Shown piece by piece: positions 20,283 through 30,282 of a stretch of DNA of 64,000 bases (position 1 is the first letter of the stretch; each line of letters opens with the position of its first letter). The stretch lies in NCBI GenBank assembly GCA_964630405.1, contig CAZVUC010000094.1, positions 4,158 to 68,157 of the forward strand. Reading direction: 5' to 3'. This stretch comes from an uncultured Syntrophobacterales bacterium. GTDB lineage: Bacteria > Desulfobacterota > Binatia > UBA9968 > JAJDTQ01. The notes under the pieces are model-generated. The model was given only the letters and a program-made list of their open reading frames with translations, made no database searches and was not told where the DNA came from. The position numbers and the translations under genes are program-made.

Positions 20283-21866
20283 TCAACTCCCCAGGTCCAG
20301 GTCCTGCCGCATGACGCTCCAGGCGGCTCTCCCGGACCCGGCGATGACCGCGTCCGCCGGATGGGTGGCCACGCCCACCTGGTAAAGCCCCTGAATCGGG
20401 GTCCGGTATTGCGCCAGTTGCGGGATCGGGCGGTTCTCGCCCATCTGGTCCGGGTCCTTGCGGGCCACCCACACCGAGCCCCGCCGCATGTTCTGCCAGC
20501 GGCCGGCCAGGTAGCACGGGTCCATGGGAACCTTCATCACGATATTGTCGTCCGTGAGGTTGGTGGCGACGGCGCGCAGCGCCGACAGCACCTGTTCCAT
20601 GAAATCGTTCTTGAGGCGTACCCAGTCCTCCGGCTGCCGCTCCTTGAGCTGGTAGGGGACGGGCATGAAGACCGACGCCGTGTGCTTCGCCGGGGGCGCC
20701 TGCAGCGCGTCGAACCACGTGGGGCAGGTAACGTGGAGGCAGGGGTGCGCCGGGAATTCACCGGCGCGGATCTCGCGCCACATGTCTTTCAGGTCCTCAA
20801 CGGACCGGGGGCCGTAGTTGACGTTCATGGCCTGGCCCACGAAGCTGTCCGCGGCCTCGTGCACCGCGAACCGAAGCGGCGCCTTGAGCGCCAGGTGGAC
20901 CTGAAAGTACGAGAACTCGTCGGGCTCGATGGCGCGGACGGCCTGCGCGAAGCCGTCGTCCAGGTGCTCTTCGCCCACCATGTCGATGAAGGTGCCGTAG
21001 GGATCGACGTTGGATACCACCGCCCGCCGCGCCTTCCACTCGCGCCCGTCGCGCAGGCGCACGCCTACCGCCCGCCCGTCCTCCACGAGAATCCTGTCCA
21101 CGTGGTGGAGAGCCCGGATCTGGCCGCCGTGCATCACATAGGCGCGTTGCAGCACCTGGGCGATGGAGTGGGAGCCGCCACGGGCGAGCTGCGGCTTCTC
21201 GTCTCCGGCGATGAGCGCCAGCACCTCGCGTCCGCCGCCCTCGTAGTCGAGCGCCCAGCCGCGCGGAATCGCCATCTGCGAGAGCACTAAGGTGCGCACC
21301 GCCTCGCTTTCGAAGAGGTGCTCTGCCGCGTCCGCCGCGCTCATGCGCGCGAGGCGCAGGAAGTCGGTTCCGGCAGGGTCCGCGGCGATGCGTTCCTCCA
21401 GCGCGCCAGCGGCCTCGGGCGGGGCGTAGTAGGAGGGGATCACGATGTCCCGGACGATGCCGCGAAACCTCCGGTGCACGTCCTTCCAGGCCGCGCGGTC
21501 GGCGGCGGAATGGTGCGCCAGTGAAGCCAGCGTGCCGTCCAGGTCCTGGTGATGGGAAACCGAGGCGCCGTCGGGGAGCAGCAGGGAGCTGATCACCGGC
21601 GGCGTGACGAACTCGGCGTGGTGGCCGTTCTCCCAGTCGAGCTCCCTCCACACCGGGGAGATCTCGCGGTTGTCCTGGAAGTAGGCGAGGCTGTTGTGCC
21701 AGTAGCCCGGGAGGGTGATCTCCTCGGAGAAGAGCCGGCCGCCGTTCTCCAGCCGGCTTTCGCAGATGACGGTCTCGAGGCCCGCCATGCCCAAGTAGGT
21801 GCCCAGGGCAAAGTTGTTCTGCCCCGCGCCGATGAGGATGACGTCCCAGTTTTCGTCCACGGCCAT
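20283..21866 (-). CDS. Phytoene-desaturase-like FAD-dependent oxidoreductase, divergent paralogue
   Basis: IGAGQNN, QAPPAKHT, YRTPIQGLYQVGVATHP. Confidence 0.85.
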   Translation of the reverse strand: MAVDENWDVILIGAGQNNFALGTYLGMAGLETVICESRLENGGRLFSEEITLPGYWHNSLAYFQDNREISPVWRELDWENGHHAEFVTPPVISSLLLPDGASVSHHQDLDGTLASLAHHSAADRAAWKDVHRRFRGIVRDIVIPSYYAPPEAAGALEERIAADPAGTDFLRLARMSAADAAEHLFESEAVRTLVLSQMAIPRGWALDYEGGGREVLALIAGDEKPQLARGGSHSIAQVLQRAYVMHGGQIRALHHVDRILVEDGRAVGVRLRDGREWKARRAVVSNVDPYGTFIDMVGEEHLDDGFAQAVRAIEPDEFSYFQVHLALKAPLRFAVHEAADSFVGQAMNVNYGPRSVEDLKDMWREIRAGEFPAHPCLHVTCPTWFDALQAPPAKHTASVFMPVPYQLKERQPEDWVRLKNDFMEQVLSALRAVATNLTDDNIVMKVPMDPCYLAGRWQNMRRGSVWVARKDPDQMGENRPIPQLAQYRTPIQGLYQVGVATHPADAVIAGSGRAAWSVMRQDLDLGS

Positions 21867-21885
21867 GATCTACCCAACCGCCATG

Positions 21886-22749
21886 TCAGCCCAGCCGGGC
21901 GGCGGCCTGTTCGACGGCCCGCCGTACGAACACCGCCGCAAGCTCGCGCTTGTAGTCGGAGGAGCCGCGCACGTCCTCGATGGGGTCGGACGCTTCCGCC
22001 GCCGCGGCGCCTGCCTCCTCCAGCCGGGCCGGGGTCAGCTCCCGGCCGCGCAGGACGTCTTCCGCCGCGCGGGCGCGGAAGATGGAGGGGCCCACGGAGT
22101 TGAGGGCGATGCGCACATCTTCGCAGCGGTTGCCTTCGCCGGTCATGGTCACGGCAACGCCCACGGTGGCGAAGTCCTCCTCGCTGCGGGGCGTGAACTT
22201 GACGTGGGACCACGCCGGCCCTGCGGGCGGAGGCACGCGGACCGAGGTGAGTATCTCGTCGGGCTCCAGGGCGGTCTCGTAGTAATCGACGAAGAAGTCT
22301 TCCACCGGCAACGTGCGTTCGCCGCGGCTGCTGCGCAGGGTCACCTCCGCGTCCAGGGCCATGAAGCTGGCCCCCGGGTCGGTCATGGGGTCGCCATGGG
22401 ACAGGTTGCCGCCCACCGTGGCCATGAGCCGGATGCGCGGCTGCGCCACCTTGTAGAAGGTCTCCCGGAGCAGGGGATAGTGCTCCTGCACCGCGGGACA
22501 CAACTCCACGTCCCGGTGCTTCACGCCCGCGCCGATGCGCAGTCCGTCCGCCGGATCGTAATCGATGCCGTCGAGGTCCGGCACGCGCTCCAGGTCGATG
22601 ACGAAGCCGGGGCTCAGAAGGCCCATGCGCAGCCACATCACCAGGGCGGTGCCGCCGGCCAGGAGCTTGGCGTCGCCTTGATGTTCCCGGAGCAGCCCGC
22701 AGGCTTCGTCGAGGCTCGTCGGCGCAAGGTATTCGAACTTGGCCTTCAT
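21886..22749 (-). CDS. Xanthine-dehydrogenase-family FAD-binding (medium) subunit
   Basis: FEYLAPTSLDEA, LAGGT, ATVGGNL; start MKAKFEY at 22749. Confidence 0.92.
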   Translation of the reverse strand: MKAKFEYLAPTSLDEACGLLREHQGDAKLLAGGTALVMWLRMGLLSPGFVIDLERVPDLDGIDYDPADGLRIGAGVKHRDVELCPAVQEHYPLLRETFYKVAQPRIRLMATVGGNLSHGDPMTDPGASFMALDAEVTLRSSRGERTLPVEDFFVDYYETALEPDEILTSVRVPPPAGPAWSHVKFTPRSEEDFATVGVAVTMTGEGNRCEDVRIALNSVGPSIFRARAAEDVLRGRELTPARLEEAGAAAAEASDPIEDVRGSSDYKRELAAVFVRRAVEQAAARLG

Positions 22750-22751
22750 GT

Positions 22752-25040
22752 TCAGCTCCCGTTCTTCTTCTTTTCCTGAATGGCCCGCAGCACCTTCTCC
22801 GCGGTGATGGGGAGTGTCTTGATGCGTACCCCCACGGCGTCGTAGATGGCGTTGCTGATGATGGCCGCCACCGGGTCCATGCCCAGCTCGCCCAGCCCCT
22901 TGGCCCCGAAGGGGCCGGTGGGTTCGTAGGAATCGGCGAACTCGTGCACCAAGTCGGGCATGTCGCGCATGGACGCCAGCCGGTAGTCGCTGAAGTTGGG
23001 GTTGATGGGGCGCCCTTCCTCCATGCGGATGCCTTCGATGAGGGCGTAGCCCAGCCCCTGGGCGATGGAGCCCTCCACCTGGCCTTCGGCGCCGATGGGA
23101 TAGATCACCGTGCCGCAGTCCGACGCCACCGCGTACTGGATCACCGTCACCCGTCCGGTATCCGGGTCCACCTCCACCTCCGCCGCCTGGGCGCCGAAGT
23201 TGTAGGCGCCGGACTCGTTGCCGTAGCGCAGGGCGTCCTGGCTCACCGAGTCGGCGTCGAAGCTGCCCGACGCCACCACCGGCGCGCCGCCGCGCCGGAA
23301 CTGCCGCCCCCGCACCACGTCCGCCACGCTGATGGCGCGCTGCTCGGCGCCCTTGACGAAGATGAAACCGTCCCGCGACACCAGGTCCCCGGCGTCCGCC
23401 TCGAGCATTTCGGCGGCGGTCTCGTGCAGGATCTCCTTGACGTTGGCGGCGGCGTTCTTCACCGCGTTGCCGGCCACGTAGGTGAGCCGGCTGGCGTAGT
23501 TGCCGAGACAGAAGGTCGTGAGGTCGGTGTCGGCCTCGGAGATGGCCACGTCGGAGAAGGGGACGCCCAGCTCCTCGGCGGCGATCTGGCACATGGCGGT
23601 CCAGTGCCCCTGGCCGGTCTCGCCCTCGCCGCTCAGGATGAAGGCCTTGCCGTCCTCGTTCATCTTGATGGTGGCGGAGCTGCCGTCGTAGTCGCCGAAG
23701 TGGCGCTTGCCGCTCACGTGTACGGTGCAGCCCATGCCCAGCCCGCGGTTGGGCTTGCGGTCGGCGCGCTTTTCCTTCCACCCGATCATGCGCTCGGTGC
23801 GGTCGATGCACTGCTTCAGCTCGCAGCTTATGACCCGGTTGCCGTGGGGGGAGACGTAGCCCGGCTCGGCGGCGTTGAGGCGCGCCATCTCGAACGGATC
23901 CATGCCCAGCTCGTCGGCGGCGATGTCCATCATCTGCTCCACCGAGAACTCCGCCGACGGGTTGCCGAAGCCGCGGAAGGCGCCGGTGGGGATCTTGTTC
24001 GTGTAGACCAGGTAGGCCTCGGAGCGGACGTCGGAATACTTGTAGCAGGTGTCGTGACGCAGCGCGGCCACGCCGGTGATGGCCGGCGCCTTGCCGCTGT
24101 AGGCGCCGTTGTCGGCGATGACGCGCATGTGCTTGGCGCGGATGCGGCCGTCGCTCTTGAAGCCCATGCGCACCCACACCTTCATGTTCACCCGGGGCCG
24201 GCTGCCGGCCAGGAACTCCTCCTCCCGGGTGTTGATGATCTTCACCGGCCGGCGCGCCTTGCGCGCCAGGATGGCGGCCACCATGGCGTTGTTGTCGTCG
24301 CAGGACTTGCCGCCGAAGCCGCCGCCCACCGCCGTCTGGATCACCCGCACGTCGGCTTCCCGCACGCCCAGGGCGGTGGCGAGGCGCATGCGGGCCATGA
24401 ACAGCGTCTGGGTGTTCATGTAGACCGTGTACTTGCCGTTGGCCGAGTAGTCGGCGACGCTGCCGATGGTCTCGATGGCCGAGTGCCACTGGGGCACGCT
24501 TTCGAAGGTGTCCTCGACGACCAGGTCCGAGTCCTTGAAGGCCGCGTCGATGTCGCCCCGCTCCACGTCGATGGTGAGGGCGATGTTGCTCTCCTTTTCC
24601 TCGTGGATCAGGGGCGCGCCGTCCTGCATGGCCTCGGCGGCGTCGAACACCGCCGGCAGCTCCTCCCAGTCCACCTCGATGAGCTCCAGCGCTTCCTCCG
24701 CGGTGTCCCGGTCGATGGCCGCCACCGCCGCCACCTCCTCGCCCACGTACCGTGCCTTGCCCACGGACAGCGGGTACTGGTCCGGAAAGAAGACACCCCA
24801 GCCCTTCTTGATGGTGTCCTCCGCGGTCACCACCGCCTTGACGCCGCGAAGCTTCTCCGCCCGGCTGGTGTCGATGTTGCGGATGCGGGCGTGGGGCAGG
24901 GGGCTCCTTAGGATCCGGCCGGTCAACATGCCCGGCAGGAATACGTCGGCGACGTAGGCAGCGCTCCCCGTCACCTTGTCGTGGCCCTCGAAGCGGTCGA
25001 CGTTCTGGCCCAGCACCGCGAATTTTTCTGCCTTGCTCAT
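22752..25040 (-). CDS. Xanthine-dehydrogenase-family molybdopterin-binding (large) subunit
   Basis: KVTGSAAY, LRSPLPHARI, GGGFGGK, AFRGFG, GQG, GPFGAKGLGE; start MSKAEKF at 25040. Confidence 0.95.
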   Translation of the reverse strand: MSKAEKFAVLGQNVDRFEGHDKVTGSAAYVADVFLPGMLTGRILRSPLPHARIRNIDTSRAEKLRGVKAVVTAEDTIKKGWGVFFPDQYPLSVGKARYVGEEVAAVAAIDRDTAEEALELIEVDWEELPAVFDAAEAMQDGAPLIHEEKESNIALTIDVERGDIDAAFKDSDLVVEDTFESVPQWHSAIETIGSVADYSANGKYTVYMNTQTLFMARMRLATALGVREADVRVIQTAVGGGFGGKSCDDNNAMVAAILARKARRPVKIINTREEEFLAGSRPRVNMKVWVRMGFKSDGRIRAKHMRVIADNGAYSGKAPAITGVAALRHDTCYKYSDVRSEAYLVYTNKIPTGAFRGFGNPSAEFSVEQMMDIAADELGMDPFEMARLNAAEPGYVSPHGNRVISCELKQCIDRTERMIGWKEKRADRKPNRGLGMGCTVHVSGKRHFGDYDGSSATIKMNEDGKAFILSGEGETGQGHWTAMCQIAAEELGVPFSDVAISEADTDLTTFCLGNYASRLTYVAGNAVKNAAANVKEILHETAAEMLEADAGDLVSRDGFIFVKGAEQRAISVADVVRGRQFRRGGAPVVASGSFDADSVSQDALRYGNESGAYNFGAQAAEVEVDPDTGRVTVIQYAVASDCGTVIYPIGAEGQVEGSIAQGLGYALIEGIRMEEGRPINPNFSDYRLASMRDMPDLVHEFADSYEPTGPFGAKGLGELGMDPVAAIISNAIYDAVGVRIKTLPITAEKVLRAIQEKKKNGS

Positions 25041-25089
25041 GTTTCCCCCAAGGACGGCGGTTGTTGTCGTCTGACGATGCCGGAGGCCG

Positions 25090-25644
25090 CTAGTCGGAAC
25101 TGTCGCTCTTGTAGGTGTCCGATTTGTAGAGGCTCTGGATCCTGGCTTCACGCACGGCTTCCTCACGGCCCCCCTGGTCTACCTTGCCTTCCACCACGGC
25201 CATGACCGACTCGAGGATCTTGTAGTAACCCGTGCAACGGCAAAGGTTGGCCGACATCCACTCGCGGACCTGGTCGGTGCTGGGGTTCGGATTGTGGTCC
25301 AGCAGCGCCTTCGCGGCCATGATCTGTCCGGGCGTGCAGATGCCGCACTGAAACCCGCCGTATTGTATGAAGGAACGCTGGAGCGGATGCAGCTCGTCGT
25401 CGTGCGCCAGTCCTTCGATGGTCTCGATCATCTTGCCTTCACAGGCGACCGCCAGGGTCAGACAGGCGCTCACCAGCCGGCCGTCGACGATGACGCTGCA
25501 CGCCCCGCAGACGCCGATGCTGCAACCCTCCTTGGTGCCGGTGAGGCCAACGTCCTCGCGCAGGGCCTCCAGCAGCAGGCGGTCGGGCGCGATCTCGACG
25601 TCGTGTTCCTCGCCGTTGACGTTCAATACCAGTTCTCTTTTCAT
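25090..25644 (-). CDS. Xanthine-dehydrogenase-family 2x[2Fe-2S] (small) subunit
   Basis: GTKEGCSIGVCGACSV...SAC; QCGICTPG...NLCRCTGY. Confidence 0.95.
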   Translation of the reverse strand: MKRELVLNVNGEEHDVEIAPDRLLLEALREDVGLTGTKEGCSIGVCGACSVIVDGRLVSACLTLAVACEGKMIETIEGLAHDDELHPLQRSFIQYGGFQCGICTPGQIMAAKALLDHNPNPSTDQVREWMSANLCRCTGYYKILESVMAVVEGKVDQGGREEAVREARIQSLYKSDTYKSDSSD

Positions 25645-25669
25645 GGTTGCCCTCGTCCCCCGACGGTAG

Positions 25670-27325
25670 TCACACCGAGCGGCCGGAATGGGTCCTGCCC
25701 CATTCCAGACGGATGGATTTCAGGGTCTGTCCCTCGCCCACGCTGACCCGTGTGCCCTTGAGCTTCTCGCCCACCTTCTCGTATTCGCCCTCGGCCGCAA
25801 GCCGGGCCTCCTCGTCCAGCTCGTCGGGCCACAGTCCCATGAGGTAGCCGTGCCAAGGTTCCTTGAGCTGGAGCTCGGGGAGTTCGAGCTCCTTCCAGAG
25901 CTCCATCGCCCGCTCCATGTACGGTTTCTTGGGTAGCGACAGCGGGGGCAGGTCCGCCTTGCGGGTGGCGTCGATCAGGAGCGCCGAGTCGGTGCTGTCG
26001 TAGCGGCTGGAAGGATGGCTCACCACCATGCCGATAGGGGTGGCGCCGAAGGGCCGGTCGGGCACGATGGTGACGTCCCGATGGGGCTGGCAACGGTGGG
26101 TGATGGCCCAGGTCACCGCTACCGGATCGTTGACGTTGATGTCCTCGTCCACCGCCACGATGAACTTGCCGACCCGGTCGCCGTACTGCAGCACGGCGTC
26201 CATGACCCGCCGGGGCTCCCCGTCGTCTTCCTTCTTCATCCGCACCGCGACATAGGGCCGCAGGTTCACCAACTCCTCCATCATGTACACCTCCTTCACC
26301 GAATCGAAGCCCTTGCGGTTCAGGTAGCGGTGCACCAGGGTGCTCATGCCCATGGCCTTGATCTTGGAGCTCTCGCTGGGGGTGACCTGGCTGATGATGG
26401 AGACCCAGATGGGGTCCTTGCGGTGCATGACGCAGGTGAGCTCCATCACCGGGCCGACGGTGCGGGGGTCGACGTAGCCCATGGATTCGGCGAAGGGGCC
26501 TTCCTCTTCCAGATAGTTGGTGGGGATGATTCCCTCGAAGACCACCTCGGCCGTGGCCGGCACCTCCAGGTCCACGGTCTGGCACTTGACGAGCTGGACG
26601 GGGGTGCGGGCGAGCCCGCCGGCCAGGGCCAGCTCGTCCATGTCCGGCGGCACCTTCTGGGTGGCGGTGTAGGAGGCCGCCGGCACCGTGCCCACGGCAA
26701 TGGCCACCTCCAGCGGGATGCCCCGTTCCCGGCATCTCTCCCAGTGGGCCGACAGGTCCTGCGGCGTGCCCGAGTTGGCGCCGCACCGTAGCGGCGACTT
26801 GACCAGCCCGCGGTAGTTGCCGACGTTGCGCGCGCCGGTGACCGGGTCCTTGGTGATCCAGTGGCCCGCGGTGATGTACGGTCCGTTGTCGAACCCGGGA
26901 GTGGAGATGGGTATGGGAAACCGCGCGAATCCGCCACTGGCGGCAAGGTCGTCCCCCTTGTGGATCACCTCCATGACCGGACCCTGGGATACCATCTCCG
27001 GAGGAATGGGGTTCTCCATGGCCTCCACCCACCGGTCGGGGACTTCGTCCGGACTGCACTGGAGGCCGAGGCAGTAGATGTCCGTGGAACCGGACAGGCC
27101 TCCCACGAGCACCGAGCCGTCGTAGTGGCGACCCTTGGAATCGATCACGTTTTCGAACAGGAAAGCCTTGCGCCGGTCGTCCGGAAGCCCGCGGAATTGC
27201 AGCCGCACGAGCGGGTGCAACTCCGTGTCTTTGTTGACTTCACGGGTGATGCGGATGAGCTTGCCGGCGTCCTCCAGCACGGAGAGGAACTCGCGGAGGT
27301 CCTCGTAGGGTCTTGGTCTTGTCAT
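25670..27325 (-). CDS. UbiD family decarboxylase (second copy)
   Basis: DLREFL, DNGPYITAG, NVGNYR, EGPFAE, VDEDINV; start MTRPRPYEDL at 27325. Confidence 0.92.
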   Translation of the reverse strand: MTRPRPYEDLREFLSVLEDAGKLIRITREVNKDTELHPLVRLQFRGLPDDRRKAFLFENVIDSKGRHYDGSVLVGGLSGSTDIYCLGLQCSPDEVPDRWVEAMENPIPPEMVSQGPVMEVIHKGDDLAASGGFARFPIPISTPGFDNGPYITAGHWITKDPVTGARNVGNYRGLVKSPLRCGANSGTPQDLSAHWERCRERGIPLEVAIAVGTVPAASYTATQKVPPDMDELALAGGLARTPVQLVKCQTVDLEVPATAEVVFEGIIPTNYLEEEGPFAESMGYVDPRTVGPVMELTCVMHRKDPIWVSIISQVTPSESSKIKAMGMSTLVHRYLNRKGFDSVKEVYMMEELVNLRPYVAVRMKKEDDGEPRRVMDAVLQYGDRVGKFIVAVDEDINVNDPVAVTWAITHRCQPHRDVTIVPDRPFGATPIGMVVSHPSSRYDSTDSALLIDATRKADLPPLSLPKKPYMERAMELWKELELPELQLKEPWHGYLMGLWPDELDEEARLAAEGEYEKVGEKLKGTRVSVGEGQTLKSIRLEWGRTHSGRSV

Positions 27326-27433
27326 GGAGACTCGATGTATTGGTTTTTCGGGACTTCCGCAACCCTGTTGTCCCGGGCGCCGGACGGGTGCGCATTTTGC
27401 AAATCCCACGGCGTGACGTAAGATGAAGCCCGC

Positions 27434-28843
27434 ATGCCTCTCTGCGTCACCAACACCATGAGCGGCCAAAAGGAGCCGTTCGTTCCGCTGAACCCGGGCG
27501 TCGTCACCATGTACGTGTGCGGCGTCACCGTCTACGATCGGTGCCACATCGGTCATGCCCGCGCCTTGCTGACCTTCGACGTGATCTACCGGTACCTGTG
27601 TTTCCTCGGTTACGATTGCCGTTTCGTCAGGAATTTCACCGACGTGGACGACAAGATCATCAACCGGGCCCGCGAGGAAAGCGTCCCGCCGGAAGGGTTG
27701 GCTCAGCGCTATATCGACGAGTTCCACCGCGACGCCGCCGCCCTGGGCCTGCTGGAGCCGGCCGTGGAGCCTTGCGCCACCGGCCACATACCCGAGATGA
27801 TCGACATCATCTCCAGGCTGGTGGAGGGCGGCAACGCCTATGAGATGGGCGGCGACGTCTACTTCGCGGTGGAGAGTTTCCGGGACTACGGCAAGCTGTC
27901 GGGCCGCGGCCTCGAGGAGATGATGGCCGGGGCGAGGATCGAGGTGGACGACCGCAAGCGGCATCCCATGGATTTCGCGCTGTGGAAGGCGAGCAAGGAG
28001 GGGGAGCCCTTCTGGGACAGTCCGTGGGGGAGGGGACGGCCGGGATGGCACATCGAGTGCTCGGCCATGAGCACCAAGTACCTGGGCCAGCCGTTCGACA
28101 TCCACGGCGGCGGACAGGACCTGGTCTTTCCCCACAACGAGAACGAGATCGCCCAGTCGGAATGCGCCGCCGAGGCGCCCTTCGCCCGGTACTGGATCCA
28201 CAACGGCTTCGTGCAGCTCGCGAAGGAGAAGATGTCCAAGTCCACCGGGAACATCCTCAGCATCAGGGAGGTGCTGGAGCGCTTCGACCCCGTGGCCCTG
28301 CGTCTCTACATGCTGACGACCCACTACCGAAACCCCATTGAGTTCTCGGAGGAAGCCCTGGTGGAGGCCCAACGGGCCGTGGGCCGGGTCTACGAGACCG
28401 TGGGCCGGGCGGACCGGGCTCTGGGTCCGTCCTCCGACGGCGCCGTGGAACCGGGCCCCCTGGATGACTTCCGGCGGGAGATGGATGACGACTTCAACAC
28501 CCCGCGGGCCCTGGCCGTGGTGTTCGAGGAGGTTCGGGCCGTCAACCGGCTGCTGGACAGGGGAGGAAACCTCGACGCCCGGCGCAATGCGCTCCGGGCC
28601 ATGACCGAGACGCTGGGGCTCGTCCAGACACCCCCCGAGCATTTTCTCGCGGACAGGCGCAGGGCGGGCCTTTCGCGCCTGGCCTTGTCGGAGGAGGAGG
28701 TCCGGCAGCTCATCGAGGAACGGAACGAGGCGCGGAGGGTCAAGGATTGGGGGCAGGCGGACGGCATCCGTGACGGGTTGAAGGAGAAGGGCATCGTCTT
28801 GAAGGATGGTCCTTCCGGGACCACGTGGGAGCTGGCGGAGTGA
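27434..28843 (+). CDS. cysS: Cysteine--tRNA ligase
   Basis: MYVCGVTVYD, HIGH, GRPGWHIECSAM, HGGG, KMSKS. Confidence 0.98.
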   Translation: MPLCVTNTMSGQKEPFVPLNPGVVTMYVCGVTVYDRCHIGHARALLTFDVIYRYLCFLGYDCRFVRNFTDVDDKIINRAREESVPPEGLAQRYIDEFHRDAAALGLLEPAVEPCATGHIPEMIDIISRLVEGGNAYEMGGDVYFAVESFRDYGKLSGRGLEEMMAGARIEVDDRKRHPMDFALWKASKEGEPFWDSPWGRGRPGWHIECSAMSTKYLGQPFDIHGGGQDLVFPHNENEIAQSECAAEAPFARYWIHNGFVQLAKEKMSKSTGNILSIREVLERFDPVALRLYMLTTHYRNPIEFSEEALVEAQRAVGRVYETVGRADRALGPSSDGAVEPGPLDDFRREMDDDFNTPRALAVVFEEVRAVNRLLDRGGNLDARRNALRAMTETLGLVQTPPEHFLADRRRAGLSRLALSEEEVRQLIEERNEARRVKDWGQADGIRDGLKEKGIVLKDGPSGTTWELAE

Positions 28844-28891
28844 CCCCTGGCGCGGCCGTTGCCGGCCGACGGGACGGATAGAGCGGTATCC

Positions 28892-30280
28892 ATGTTTCTG
28901 CCTACGAAAACTACGGGCATGGTGGGCGTCGTCGTCCTGGCGGTGCTGGTCGTGGCGGGTGGCTTCTTCGCCGCGTGGCAATTCGAATGGCACCCGCCCG
29001 TCATCCGGGTGGAGCCGGAACGGTCCACGCTGGGGCGCCGTCCTTTCGCCGTCCATGTCCAGGACCGCGGCAAGGGGCTTGCGGTGGTATCGGTCAAGCT
29101 GATCATGGACGGGGAAACGAGTCTTGTCCACTTTCAGCAGTTCGACCCGGCCGTGAACGCCGCCGAGGTCCCGGTCAAGCTCGACGCCGCGCAGCACAAG
29201 TTGAAGGACGGTCCCGCGGTGTTGCAGGTCACGGCCGCCGACCGCTCCTACTGGAGCTTCTTCAGGGGCAACAAGACCGTCTTCGAGAAAGAGGTGACCG
29301 TGGATTTTACGCCCCCGCGGGTGGAGGTCCTCTCGGAGGACCGCTACATCACCCAGGGAGGCACCGGTTTCGTCACCTACAGGGCGTCCCCGGACACGGA
29401 GCGAAGCGGGATCCGGATCGGCGGCTACTTCTTCCCCGGCTACAAGGGACATCTGGCCGAGCGTGACGCATTTCTGGCGTTCTTCTCCCATCCTTACGAT
29501 GTCCCGGTCCGTGAACGGGCGGTGGTGGTGGCGGAGGACCATGCGGGCAACGAGCGGGAATCGGGTCTGGTCTACAACGTGAGGCCGCTCAGGTACCGGC
29601 GTGTCAAGGTGCCGGTGTCGGACGACTTCATCCGCCGCAAGATCGTCCCCCTGATGTCCGAGGCCGGCGGCTCCGGCGGCGCACCCGGGGACCAGTTCCT
29701 CAAGGTCAATCATGATCTCCGGCGCGTGAACGAAGAAACCATCGCCAGGACCTGCCGGGCTTCCGCCGCGAGGAAGCTCTGGGAGGGCCGCTTCGTGCAG
29801 TTGGCCAACTCTTCGGTGCAGGCCAACTTCGCCGATCACCGTTCCTACTACTATCGGGACCGGAAGATCGACGAGGCGCGGCATCTCGGATACGACCTGG
29901 CGGTGACCCGGCGGTATCCGGTGGCGGCCGCCAACAGCGGCTCCGTGGTCTTCGCCGGGCCGCTGGGAATCTACGGCAACACGGTGATCATTGACCACGG
30001 CTTCGGCTTGTGCAGCCTTTACTCCCACTTGAGCTCCGTGGCCGTCAAGTCGGGCGAGGCCGTCAAGAAGGGTGCCAATATCGGCCGCACCGGCGAGACC
30101 GGGCTGGCCATCGGCGATCATCTCCACTACGGCGTCTACATACAGGGCGTGGCGGTGCTGCCCCTGGAGTGGTGGGATGCCAAGTGGATCAGGGACAACG
30201 TCACCGGCAAGCTTCGCCGCCCCAAGGACCCGCAAGGCGCTGCCGCCGCCGGCCGTGCGCCGCGGGCCCGCGCCGGTTGA
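28892..30280 (+). CDS. M23 family metallopeptidase with N-terminal membrane anchor
   Basis: HLGYD, YGNTVIIDHG, YSHL, DHLHY. Confidence 0.92.
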   Translation: MFLPTKTTGMVGVVVLAVLVVAGGFFAAWQFEWHPPVIRVEPERSTLGRRPFAVHVQDRGKGLAVVSVKLIMDGETSLVHFQQFDPAVNAAEVPVKLDAAQHKLKDGPAVLQVTAADRSYWSFFRGNKTVFEKEVTVDFTPPRVEVLSEDRYITQGGTGFVTYRASPDTERSGIRIGGYFFPGYKGHLAERDAFLAFFSHPYDVPVRERAVVVAEDHAGNERESGLVYNVRPLRYRRVKVPVSDDFIRRKIVPLMSEAGGSGGAPGDQFLKVNHDLRRVNEETIARTCRASAARKLWEGRFVQLANSSVQANFADHRSYYYRDRKIDEARHLGYDLAVTRRYPVAAANSGSVVFAGPLGIYGNTVIIDHGFGLCSLYSHLSSVAVKSGEAVKKGANIGRTGETGLAIGDHLHYGVYIQGVAVLPLEWWDAKWIRDNVTGKLRRPKDPQGAAAAGRAPRARAG

Positions 30281-30282
30281 AC

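Noticed and set aside
18610-21866. Carotenoid biosynthesis cluster
   Set aside because: No phytoene synthase or cyclase is present; the polyprenyl synthase is about 17 kb away beside ubiE/menG.
21886-25644. Aerobic CO dehydrogenase or 4-hydroxybenzoyl-CoA reductase
   Set aside because: The active-site loop is AFRGFG, not AYxCSFR or AYRGAGR, and the FAD subunit lacks the extra [4Fe-4S] cysteine insert of HcrB.
25670-30235. Apparent 1521-aa giant UbiD fusion
   Set aside because: The N-terminal part is the antisense of cysS and the M23 gene; UbiD homology starts at 27325.
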